A stretch of DNA of 64,000 bases from Iphione sp. A-MEVVRFRX5 (taxonomy: Eukaryota). The notes under the pieces are model-generated. The model saw only the letters and a program-made list of their open reading frames with translations, was not told where the DNA came from and searched no databases. Both the position numbers and the translations under genes were made by a program. Of this stretch, positions 27,201 to 38,950 are shown piece after piece; the stretch's first letter is position 1, and every line of letters begins with the position of its first letter. The DNA is taken from positions 35,526,001-35,590,000 of the forward strand of contig OZ320316.1 in the NCBI GenBank assembly GCA_976226885.1, written 5' to 3'.

Positions 27201-28643
27201 GGAGATTTGGCTAGCTGCCTAAGTCAAGGTATATGACTTTAGACCAAGTGGTAGAAGACTGCAGCCTCTAAGGGTGGGGGAAAGGGCCGACAAGGAGATG
27301 AATGTGTGGTAGAATATTGTTAAGAAATGGGCGTAGGGCGAGGAGATTGGCCTGTGTAATACAGGTGCCGGAAAGCAGAGTGCATGAAGAGAATCCAGCA
27401 ATATAGATTGAGGAGAGAGAGGAGGGAGGATTTTAATGGCGAAACACAGCGGGAAGACAAGAAGTAGAGAATTGAAAGGGGAAGAGTCTTGCTACAGTGA
27501 GGGAGAAAACAGATGTCCTCATCCAATGCTACTGCATGATACCTTCTAAGATGCAGTGTATCTCGTTTTCTCACACACGTCTTTCGACAGCGTGCAAGCG
27601 CCATCCAGTAGAAGACCAGACTCTGATCGAAATCGATCGACGATCGGCTCGGTCGCGCCTTTGCCGATCGGGCGTCACCGGGGAGTGGCCCACCACTTTA
27701 TATCAATCGTCCATGCCAACATTTACGTCGAATTCCCCTGTATGTACACAAACATGCCCATGCACAACGGAAAAGGCGGTTTACGTACACCAGTCAAGTT
27801 CAGACACACGCATCGACGTCACCCGCTCTCATGAACGTTACTGTGTGCGTGTGTACATGTAAACGCTTGCGTAGATTAGCAGTACCCTGCAAGGCACGTG
27901 CCAAATGAGCCTAGCAAACATGTGTCTCAAACAAGGTGAGAGTAGACCATTTATACATTAACGGTTTCGCTTTGAGCCCTGGTCACTGACGTGCTTTGTT
28001 CATTAGACGTTAAAAATCATTGACAGTCTGAAAATATGCGATGTGATATTTTGATAGCTCTAAGTCAGCTGACTGAAACTATATATAAGAAATCCATATA
28101 TTAAGCATTTGTAAGACTGTTTATTAAATAATCAATGGTTTATCATGGACCAAGGTCATAGATATTACTTAAACGTAGCCTCAAGCTACTGCATACACCA
28201 CAGGAGGAATAGGAAAGGGGTGTTTACCAAATATCACTTAGCGCTGCTAGACTCCACTCGGAAATCCGTCGCTGATCTTTATATAACAAAACGATAAATC
28301 GTTTGAAAACATTTTCCTTAATCCTGAATATCTGAATGCGTCTCCTTTATCTTCCACCCCACAAGCGTTTACTCGTATTACTGTCTTGAAAGATAAAAAA
28401 GCGTGATTACTAGATTGCTTCCCATAGATACAGTCATTATAGTCGGTACATTGCAACACGTTATTTTTTGCCATCTGTTTTCTCATTATTGTGCTTTCTG
28501 TTTTATTAGTATTTGAATTACATGACATGTAACAATGTTAGTCCTCCACCTTTTCTCCTTCACTAGAGTTTTATGTCTAGATTGCAGCAGCACCTTCGCT
28601 GTTATTCCAGAGTGCGTCTGACCTATTATTTATGTATTTCCAG

Positions 28644-28770
28644 GTGGACGCCAAATGCTCGGGGCGACATTCGTGCTCGTTCAGCGTGTCCGATGCTGAC
28701 CTGGTGAGGACGAAGCCTTGTCCGCAGGACTTTTCCTCCTACCTAGAGGCCTCCCACCACTGCGTCAAAG
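28644..28770 (+). CDS. Internal exon, C-terminal half of the SUEL/Gal_lectin domain
   Basis: Acceptor tatttccag|GTG and donor AAAG|gtaagg; 127 nt, phase 0 to 1. VDAKCSGRHSCSFSVSDADLVRTKPCPQDFSSYLEASHHCVK continues the previous exon in frame and completes 8 cysteines. Confidence 0.92.
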
Positions 28771-30489
28771 GTAAGGTTCAGCCACTTGATGAGAAGCCAC
28801 TACAGAAGCCCCCTACTGAAATACCACTCTCAGAAGCCACTTTCGAGGCCCATCCGAAGCATCAGACCTGTCGTGCAATGCCTACTGTCCGGCCACGCCT
28901 CATGAATAACTTAAGTGAATGCCATCGTAGGGTGTTGCCCACCGCTCACGTCTCCGCCCCATCTACCTTGCCTATTCCCTCTTGCCGTCTGGTGGGAGGC
29001 TGTGAGCGTCATTGCCTTAGAAGAGCCGTCGGGAACTTGCAAATTGGAAGTTCACTCGGGGCAGTTTGGGTGAGGCAGTAGGGAGTGCTGTCTAACGATG
29101 CAATTAGCGCATTGCCTATCTCCAGTGATTAGAAACAACGTTTCCTTTTGTAATCTGTGCGTGGGTGTTACGGGCGCCATACCCGTGTGTTGAGTGGGCT
29201 TACGGCACTCGGTCGCTGTTTGCGTCTGCGTAAGGACAGGGTTAAAACATCAGCAGCACACCCAGAGGGGGGCCGCCTGTATTAGCCGCAGAGGATCAAT
29301 GGCTATCTTCCCTTGTTTGACAATGCTGAACCGCGTGTCTCAATTGGCCTCTAGACCAACAATAAATGCGAAACCCCCGATGTAGACCGCCAAGGAGAAT
29401 CCAAATTATGCAGCAAAGATTTTATCGAAGCTTTCGGGGACCTTAATCTCTCATAACAACCGGCCTTAAACTTCTGGTTTAATGGCGGTTTGCGGGAAGT
29501 TTCCGCCGTGTGCGTTTCTGGAGAATCAAGCTCCTGAATAATGAAGCCTGAGTACATTGTCATGGACATTGACCCATATCTAAGAGCAATACTCCCAACC
29601 GTGGCCATGTGATTGAGGGCTGGCTTGTTGCTCCTCGGGCGGTGGGATTTGTGACTGTTTTTTTCTTCTGAAGTTCAACTGCAGTCACCAGCTCTCGATG
29701 CAGATTCCGTATTCAAGTCGGCAACAAGGACTCGGCTGGCGCCCCCTGCTACTGGCAACTGAAAAAAGTGGCAGGGAAATTGGCGGAAGTTTGGATCGTT
29801 ACCCGCACAACGCAAATCACGCCGTCCTAATGGTGGAAATCTGTCGGCGCCATATTGGGCGTGACCCGTGGCGCCGACCCCTCGTTGCGGGCGCCACGAT
29901 CCAATGGGCGCCCAATGGGTGCGGGGCGCCGGTCAACAGATAAGAGGAGTTGGGCGAGGGTGCAACGGTGGTAACGGTGAAGGCGCCACTCCATAACCAA
30001 GCCGCTAGTATAATAGGAGGGTGGGGGTTACGACGGGAGGGTGGCAGTTCTGCCGAGATGCTTGGCTTGTCCTGCGCCTTCCGCACGCCGCGGAACGACT
30101 ATCTCGCCTGGGAGCAGCATCGAGAAATACCGGAGAGAGACGGCAAGAGAAGGGGGCAGTGGACGGTATAAGAAAGAGAAGGGGGCACAAGTGATAAAGA
30201 GGAGAAGAATGATGAAGAGGAGACGAAGGAGTAAAAGACGTTTAAGGCGTAGAGAGAGGAGGAGCTGCAGCAGAAGCAGGAGCAGGAGCTGAGGAGGCTT
30301 CCGTGTCTCGGATGGTCTGGAGGAAAGGGAGATGAGGTGAATGGTTGGTCACAGCAGCCAAAGACACGGACTCTTGTCGTTAGTCATCCCGCCACAAGAG
30401 GACCCTAGCTTTCCACGGTCCCGCCAGAGGGACACAGCAGCCACATCACGCCCCAGTCAATATTAGTACCCGGACAAGGCGATAGGGTC

Positions 30490-30735
30490 AGCATTGTCCA
30501 TTTTCTCCATCTGATAGAGGTGGGCGCACGAGGAAGACTGTGAGGGGATGAGGGCGGTTGCTAGGCATGTTCTGGGTTGCTGATATGCTTAACCTCAATC
30601 GGAACACGCTGGTGTCTCGCAATTTGGGCTGTAATCTGTGCACCGGTCAAAGAGGGGTAGGCAATCCAGCCATCGGCAAAGACCCAGACGGCAACCAGAT
30701 TCTCCACCACCCTTTGTTTAACGTGGCACTAGCCA
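30490..30735 (-). mobile_element. Possible Merlin/ISXO2-like DDE transposase remnant
   Basis: SATL / VVENLVAVWVFADGWIAYPSL...RHQRV, with one frameshift, resembles A.TL..I.ENV.PGT.I.SDGW.AY..L...Y.H..V. Confidence 0.35.
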
Positions 30736-31157
30736 TCGCTTTCAAATCTACAACCCTACTAACCTTAGCTGACGGGCAAACCTTATTTTTTTAGGCCTAA
30801 GTATATCCCACAAATCCCAACACTTATGCTCAGGGATAGGTCTGCAAACACAAAGAGAGAAATAATGGGACAACAGAGGCGCTCTCACCCTACCTCATCA
30901 TCCATACGCGCACCAGTACATAGAGTTCGCGAAGAGCCCGAGGAGGATTCTAAATCACAGATAGAAATCTCTAGTCTGAGATAAAAGAATTAGCCTGCAT
31001 CTGGCAGGAACAAAAACAGATGTGTCCGACATGCGCTGTCTGAGGCATTACCTACTCGCACCACGAAACGATACATTATAAATCCCTGAAACCAATACTC
31101 TCTGGAATAAAGCATGCGTTGCTTCTGAAATACAGCATGTTTTCTGCTAGTAACATA

Positions 31158-31328
31158 CAGTACAACGCGACTTCAGGGATATATCTCCAATAAGGGCAGG
31201 TGTCTAATAGGAAAATGTTTAGGGAGAGCAGATTGTCTTTTCTCTAAGAAGTCTCTAATAGGGACATGTCTCAATTAGGGCAAGTTTGGGAAGGAACCAA
31301 GGGTGTCCCGATTAGAGGCTTTCCACTT
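31158..31328. mobile_element. About 170 bp Tc1/pogo-like MITE (TA-CAGT...ACT-TA)
   Basis: Starts TA|CAGTACAAC; the right end reverse-complements to TA|AAGTGGAAAGCCTCTAATCGGGACAC; internal repeats of gtctc/gtctaataggg. Confidence 0.45.
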
Positions 31329-31721
31329 TAGACGTACTAGAGAAGATACAGGAGGCTTGATATATAATAATATGATTGATTTCTGAGCTAAAATGATGCA
31401 TGGGAAAGATGGATACACAGAGACTCCATTTTCTGCCATGATCAATATCCCAATAAATGGTAAAGATACCACAAATCATAGTGGTGCGCAATACAACCGC
31501 ACATCCCCATCGTTATCAATGCGACATTTACAAAGTTCGCAAGAGCAACCATCAGGAGGAGCGTTGGAGAGAAACAGAGAGAGGGACACAGACAAAGATC
31601 GACAACGGAAGAGAATGCGTGTGGAGGAAACAAGAACAGGGAGGCATAAAAGACAGAAAACCTTAGTGCTAATTTAATGGTCTCTGACTTAGGTAAAACG
31701 AGAGTGAATACCTCCGACTAA

Positions 31722-32287
31722 GGCCAGCGTTCCATGTACATGGAATACGTGTCCGGAGCACGGAGGCCATCCGGAAATTTTGCCTGTTTTCCCGTGTCTC
31801 TGGAGAGGTGCTTTCCATGCATACAGAAAATAGAGGGAGGGAGGCAGGGAGGGAGGCAGGGAGTCCTGTCTCAATGATATTGATATGTAAGTATATTGGT
31901 GCAAATTGTGCATTTTTTTGTGGAGATTGAAGCATATTGGTGCAAATTGTGCATTTTTTGTGGAGATTGAAGCATATTGGTGCAAATTGTGCAGTTTTTA
32001 TGCAAAATATATGCAAATTAAAAAATATTATACACCATCTAACATATGTTGCACATTGTCTTTTCTTCTTAAAATGCTTATATCAGTTGACTACTGTGGG
32101 TCTGTGTGGGTGTCCGTGGTCCAGAATCCGGAGAAATTTACGGCCCAAGTTCGTTTTTGACCTCCGGACCCGGAGCATGGAGCACGTACACATGGGTGAC
32201 CCTCTGTTATAATCAGTGAGTTCATTTTTTTCCGGAGCACGTACTCCGTGCTCCGGAGGTGATTTCCGGATGCATGGAAAGCCAGCC
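31722..32287. mobile_element. 566 bp PIF/Harbinger-like MITE
   Basis: TAA on both sides (31719-21 and 32288-90). TIRs GGCCAGCGTTCCATG vs GGCTGGCTTTCCATG (reverse complement); subterminal tccggagcacg repeats and palindrome. Confidence 0.75.
31893..31993. repeat. 40-41 bp tandem repeat, about 2.5 copies, inside the Harbinger-like MITE
   Basis: Unit atattggtgcaaattgtgcattttttgtggagattgaagc, copies identical except poly-T length. Confidence 0.95.
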
Positions 32288-35179
32288 TAAGGTTCATGTA
32301 TTTTGAGTGAAACATTATGTAGAAGGAGAAAAACATTTTAACAAGGATCAAGAGATGGTAGTGTGATAGAGATCATTAACAGTAAGTATATAAGGGAGAC
32401 TCATAGTGAAGCAGATATAAAAGGGAATAACAGACACGTGGATGGTGGAAAATCGACGGTACGAATTTTCTAATGCACGGTGTAATGCTGAGGTAGAAGT
32501 CAATAATATAGCAATGTTGTAGTATACGAATACTGTCTGTTTATAGTAAACATGTATACATAGAGAGCGAAACACACACACAGAGGCAGAGAGAAGAGAA
32601 GTGGGGTTGGCTAAAAAGAGACACAACAGGGGTCGATCAAAAGGATGAGAACCTGAAAGAGACAGAAAGCGAGATAGAGAAAGAGAGAGATGTTCAGGAG
32701 AATTGATGGTGCGGAGCGAGAGGAAGCGATCCCTGTTGACCACATCCATCACAATTTCACCCCCTGATGGAGAGCTCGCCAACTCGCCAGGCGCCACCAA
32801 TGATGATCAACAGCCGGCGGAGGCAGCTATAGAATCATTACGGATAACATCAGCCGACTAGCTCACGAACCGCTCAAAGACGCATCGCCTTTCCCCAGCC
32901 ATGTACATGATCTACACTTGCAGGTGCCGCTGGAGAGGAACATTGGCATCCATCTGGGCATGGAACTACTCAGTGTATGGTGCACACCGTATAGGAGCAG
33001 CTGTTCGGCGTCTGTGCCTGGCAGTCCCTTGTTGCTGTACAAGGCGAGCTGCTCAGGTTTAATCTACTATAGACCGGGGACCTATATTATTGGATATGTT
33101 GTTCGTGGGGCAGGCGCGTTGCTGAGTTCGGGTAGAGTGTGCACCAACACAAAGGGCTAGGCTCGGCTGCTTCATCAATGAAAACACAGTTGTGTCTCCC
33201 CTTGTATGAACAGCCCAAAAAGGCAGGGGGATAAAAGACCAAAAAGAAGAAGCAAGAGTTGCTGCTAGTTGCTGATGAGCTGCTCTCTAATCGATTCCGC
33301 CCGAATCGCCCTGTGTAATTGCACTGATGAGTTTCAGCCGGGCGGAAGATGCGGTTATTTTTCCTACAGTGCATATTTGCAGCCGGCGCTGGGGCAATTA
33401 GCGAAGGACGGGTTGACCGGCCACGACCGACGGCCCAGTGGCGGTTGGAACCTGAGACCCTCGCCGGTCGCTGATGAGCTCGACGGCCCGTCCAGCCATG
33501 AGCAACTCGCCTACATTAAACAAGCACCATTCACTCACGCACCCACCATATCAATCCCTCCCCCGCCTCCTACTCCACACTGTTTTCATCGTTAGGGCCA
33601 ACTTTTAACAATCACGCACACACTCAGCACGTAGCCCTTCCCAAACCGCGTCCCCCGTTTTTTCCACTTTCATTCCCTGACTCACTATCCAAACCTACTC
33701 CCCAGCACCAGCATCTAGCCCCCATGCCATTATGAGAAAACCTTTGTGGATTTTTGTTTTGTTTTCATCGAAACCCCGTGCAATATGAAGCGACGCAGTT
33801 TTTCTCCCCGGACAGTCCGCTTGTCGCCCAGACCCATTCTTAAGGTGAAGCATGAACAGACGACGAGAATTGCTCATTATCAGATGCGGATTCATATTCA
33901 ATTCTGCTTTGATGAATAAAACCCGACATGGGACGAGACGACAAGACTAGGGGCAATCGCTCCACCGTGTTGGATTGTGATCACAGGTCCTCCCCGCACT
34001 ACGCATGGGCCTCGATACCTAACCTGCAAAAAAGTCACTGCCGCAGACCGGAAGGTTGCTGGGCTGGTGGGCACTACATTGTGTATAGAGTAAGCAGCAG
34101 TAAGTCCGCTCATAATAAGGTAGCTGTAGTTATAACACGGTCAAGTCACCAGTGGCTTTAGGTGAAGGCTCCAACTACCTGAGTTTAGATGAGTCAGGCT
34201 ACAGGCTGGTGATTTATGGCACTTTTCTAAGAGAGATTTGGCATAGTATTAGACGAAAAAAGTTAGTAATCGATTAGGGACAGACGTGTGACACTGGGAA
34301 TTACTGCGAACAGAGAACTTCCATAAATCGACACAGGGATACAAAATAGGGGGAAAAACTATGGCAGCCGGTCACAGGCAGTCAGCGCCAGGGGAAGCTT
34401 TTTATAAAAAAAACGATGATGTTTAGATCTCGATGTAGAGCTATACGATCATTTTCGCGCAGCGTACAGCATGCCTTTAAACAAACGCCAACATGCGTGC
34501 CTCCTACCCTCCCCCCAACCTCCATTGTCATACCCGCTCAGATCGATCATACACATGGAGAAACACGAAGACCATAACTAGGGGGGATGAACTATTTTGC
34601 CTGAATTAGCATTTTCCCCCACTCTTAAATAATGACATACGACTTCGCAAGGCATGTACCACGCAGCCCTTAAGACTGTCACTATGACCGCTGTAAGACG
34701 TTAGACAGCTGGGATGCTTCTTATAGGGATGCATGCTCAACCAATAGGTACGCCGGGGTGGGAGGTGGGAGGGTTAAAAGGTTCCAAGTAAAGAGTTGTG
34801 GAGTAGGCATCTTCTCGGAACAATATCATCTGTTACAGAAGCCACTGGCCCTTTTCTCCTGCTACTCCCTCTCCTGCTACCCCCTCCCCTCCCCCTCTTG
34901 GCCTGGGACGTGGCCAGGGTCCCTCGGGCGAAGGGCGCCCGGCCGACGAGCGACGGGCCCTTTAAGAGCACATTCGTCTCCATGAATCATCGCGTCGCGT
35001 CGCTGGCGCGTCTAATCTGCGTCTCGGCTTTTAGAGGGCAGGCCCGCGCATGTCCGTATAGCGCCTGCTATTGTTGATGTTCCACTCGGCCCCCAGTAGT
35101 TGGCGCTGCCCCCTAATGTAATGTGGCCGGCCGCACGTCTCGCACAACAGGAGTCTCCCTGTCTCCACGCCAGCCGCCT

Positions 35180-35700
35180 CTTTCTGGCCCTCATGCCTAC
35201 CGACCCCTGCCATGGTATTGGTTACCTTATACTCAGCCCCCTAACCCCTCCTAAGACCGTCGCCTTTTCCATACCGACCACACTCACGCCGCACTCTTGA
35301 CTACCTTACACCCTTCGCACTTAGCCCTTACCTCCCGGTTCCATCCTCTCCAAAAGTCCCCATATGCTATTCCTCGCCGGCACAAACCGTTGCAATCGTA
35401 CTTTCCTTGCCGCGACCAGCATATATACCTTTGAATACCATCCTCTCCTTCAATTCCTCCGCTCCTCCCGTGAATGTGTGTCACATTTCTGCTCGCCTAC
35501 CAAAGTAGTCACATTGTATGTGTGCTCAAAACCGGCTAACTTGCTCCACCTATGATAGTATTGGGTGTATGAGCCTTCACTCTTACCTCCGCTTGTCAAT
35601 CACGCCATATAACAGTCCGCTGCATCCTCTGGCCTGCTACAAGCCCTTTACCCAGTATTCCCTCAGTTCAATCACAGGCAAAAACGTCACCATCTTCTGA
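35180..35700 (-). mobile_element. Degenerate RTE/CR1-type LINE reverse transcriptase core
   Basis: Collinear motifs across frameshifts: QCDYFGRR..*HTFT (Q.GFR.GR..DHIFT), GKYD (KAYD), RNSIWGLLERM..GK (R..LW..L..G..GK) and GGVRG (GVRQG). Confidence 0.6.
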
Positions 35701-36871
35701 ATTCAAAGCATTGTTGGAAATGTAGTTAATTGGTACCACTACTGACAAGTTCATTGATCAGACTGGCCAAATCAGCCTTATTTTCCTTTTGTATTTCCCA
35801 ATCCCGCTTGATTGTAAAGGGAAATTCTCTCTTTAATTTAACACCTTAACTATACTTTCTTTCTAATGACCCAGTTGCAACTAAATCTGCTTTAAAAGAT
35901 GTGATTTGGAAATGCTCTCCAATTTCTTAAGATTTAATTTTACACAAACCCATGCCCTTTAATTTCTTAAAGATTTAATTTCACACAAAACAATATGCTC
36001 AGAACCGCGTACAGCAAATTTCTATGTGCAGGTTGCTGCATGGCAATGTTAAATTTCTGCTCCTTTGAACTAGGACATATCAGACTTTCGGTTAATAGCA
36101 AAAACCAGACACTGAATGTCACATGTGGAAATTAAGGCTTTATAGCTTATCACTGTATGCATGGTTCATTCTCATCGAAAATGCGGAAAATAATTTAGAA
36201 TTGACCCGATAATCATTTGTTATATATGCCATATATTTAATACACAATTATGCATGTCTAATCCATGAGCAAAATCCCACCAATCATTTCTTTATCTCTA
36301 TCACCGATGTTTCAGAAATTCATTATTACTACCATGCGATCCAGGCTAATACTGACCTTCATCATGACCCACTCCATCTCACCCTATTCCTACTAGAAAA
36401 CTCTTAAGACCCACATAGTATCGTACGTCCCTCAGTTTCCTTCTTTCTCTCTGGAGCGCCTATCCGCAGAAATACGCTGCCAAAACGTGCCCTGTGCCCG
36501 AAGACCCGCCCACTCCCCACTAGGGGTCGCCACAGGCTGGCGGGCATCATCAATACTTCCTGCGCACCACCTTCAAATCACACTCACCGATTGGGCGGGC
36601 CGGGGCGGTCGGGGCCGAGATGGGACATGGTCGTCTTGGTTGTTAGTGGCTGTAAGTGAGCCGCACTGACGATGTAATACGCTGGGAGCATTGTGCCCTT
36701 TACCCACATCGATCCACCCCTTTACCTACACCGACTCTCCCTCCACGCTGCCCAATGGCTCCGTGCACACCGGCCCGAAGGTCTGGCAAAGTCTGCTTTT
36801 AACCGCCTCATCCCTCGCTTTCTCAGACCTCCGCTTCCTCTTCTCTATCTCCTGCCGCTCTCTCCCTTCTC

Positions 36872-36876
<5 letters not shown>

Positions 36877-36930
<54 letters not shown>
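36877..36930. repeat. (TC)27 microsatellite
   Basis: Directly visible. Confidence 0.97.
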
Positions 36931-36934
<4 letters not shown>

Positions 36935-37374
36935 CCCCTTTCATTGGCATTATGTTTCTCACAGTCACGTTCCTCACGTTTGTCACCTTGGCCTCTATCT
37001 GTTTTGTTTCTCTTTCACTCCCGCAGTGCTCTTACCTCTCACTTAGTGTCCTCTGTCGCTCTTTGTGTCGAGTACTTATTTTAGTGAGCTTGGGAGCGGT
37101 CCATGAATCTGTACAGCAAGAGGCCCCGTGGTGTGTGGGTGTTTGATGGCTGAAATATTTCTCTTCGTTTCAGGGTACTTTGTAGGTCTTATGCGTGTGA
37201 CCCTACCAACAAATCTTCACATTGGCTGGGGAACCTACTGTAGAACTAGGGGACAGTGGACCATATCGATCATACGGCGAGTCTAACACAATCAGAGGGG
37301 GGACGTGCCCTTGGACCCTTCACCCGCTGCCTCAGCCGAGCGCGCCAGTTGTGCTACACAGCCGTTGAGGGAGA

Positions 37375-38200
37375 AAACAAGCAGAACAGAGCAAAGTGAG
37401 CTGGTGTGAAGCAGCTAGTGTACAGCAGGGAGGGACTTGCCCGCCGCGTCGGACAGTAGTTTTGAGGTAGTGTCGGAAAGAGCATCTCAATAAGTGACAA
37501 TATGCGACCAGAGTGTAATCAGGTATAGGATAGTATGAGCACAGATGAAACAGTGGATCGCTATGGGGAATAGGTACCCATTCAAATAGATTAAAATGAA
37601 GTTCGAATGCCAGTTCCTCCTGTTAGGCTAGGGATGGGGACCAGAAATGTTACGTATATCGGGAAAGGGTGAAAAGAACAGAAAGAGCAAAATAGTACAT
37701 GTAGTCCAATAGCAGACTGGAAGGATATAGCACATGTAGTATGAAGTGCGAAAGCTGAGTAGAAAAGAGCTAGCGTATGAAACAGAATGAGTATTACATT
37801 ACCAATGAAGCTAAATAGATGTTGAATAGAGAGAAGTGGCTCGGAGAAATGTCGGAGTGGATATTACTAGAGTACGAGAGCGAAAGCCCGAGGACGTCAT
37901 GCTAGTTATATTCAGGCTACCGAGCTGTGGGCGACGTGCTGAGAATTGAGTAGGATGTGGTGTAGAGGTGGAACAGACCGAATTAGGGTACAGATGAGAG
38001 GCATTACCGGATGGGAGAAGCCAGAAGAAAACTACAAGTTTGCCGGGGCTATAGGACATACGAAACTGAGGAACTTGCTGATATGATAATAGATCATGGA
38101 GAAGAAATTGGACCTGACACAATCGGAGGTGTGGTCTGTCTGGGCAGAGCAAGTTTAAAAGTGCATTACAGTGCCGATGGAGAAGCAACAAAGTAGGAGA
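37375..38200 (+). mobile_element. Possible 5' end / ORF1 remnant of an L1/Tx1-like element
   Basis: Broken reading LVIFRLP..GDVLRIE..GTDRIRVQM and EELADMIIDHGEEIGPDTIGGVVCLGRASLKV recalls RRM-type ORF1; 37375-37440 loosely resembles the reverse complement of 22805-22870. Confidence 0.25.
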
Positions 38201-38379
38201 GAGTACTCGCCTGTACATTTGAGTAGTTCATAGAAAAAAGGGTGAGGAGCCGATCTGACTTTGTTTGATAGTCGCCTACGTTGATGGAAACTTCTGCCGT
38301 GTGTGAACTGTCTCAGGTGTGGTCGTACTACTTCAATCCTTCAGTCACCTTCAGGCAGTTCCACACAAAGTCATTAAAT

Positions 38380-38950
38380 ACGGCCGCCGTCTGAAGGAAG
38401 TCGAGTTTAACTCATTGCCACCTCTGACATTTCTTTATTTTCGCACTTAGGGACGGTATTTATTTCTCCTTGCCCCTGGAAAGAACTCATTAAAAGATTA
38501 AGAATTTAATATTTGATTCATTTTATCTACTTCAATGACGGGTCTGTTTGAAACAAAAGGGGCAAGGAGGTGAAGGAATTCCTGTGACCTCTAGCTTTGG
38601 TATTCACCTATCAGCTATAAGCTAATGCCAAGCATAGTTGCCTCCAAGATTGAAACATTCCACTTTTAACGTAACTCGTTTAAACCATTGAACGGCAGGG
38701 GTTGGCTTTTCAAAGCCTACTTAATGCTCACAGAATATGGGGTCTTTCCCGACTTCTAGTCTCAGTTTAAAAACACAAAACCTTGGTCTTGTTATTTGCA
38801 TTCTCCTATCAGTCCAAGTTTGGACGAATCGACTGCTGCCGGCTTCCCACCTCCTTCCTGTATGCATTATTACACTCTCTTCAATTTTCGCTTTGGGCAC
38901 GCTGCTCATGCGATTGTTTAAACCACAATATGGTGGAGCAATACATAGAC
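38380..38950 (-). mobile_element. Possible L1/Tx1-like RT C-terminal remnant
   Basis: AKIEESVIMHTGRRW (cf. AKIN..KS..M..G.W), followed by RGKEK..I and RGG (cf. W.GK..I.R...K..GGL). Confidence 0.3.

Noticed and set aside
33265-33520. Three CTGATGAG motifs suggesting hammerhead ribozymes
   Set aside because: None has a proper stem II followed by GAAA; the best (GCTC...GAGC-AAC) lacks the catalytic GA and stems I and III.
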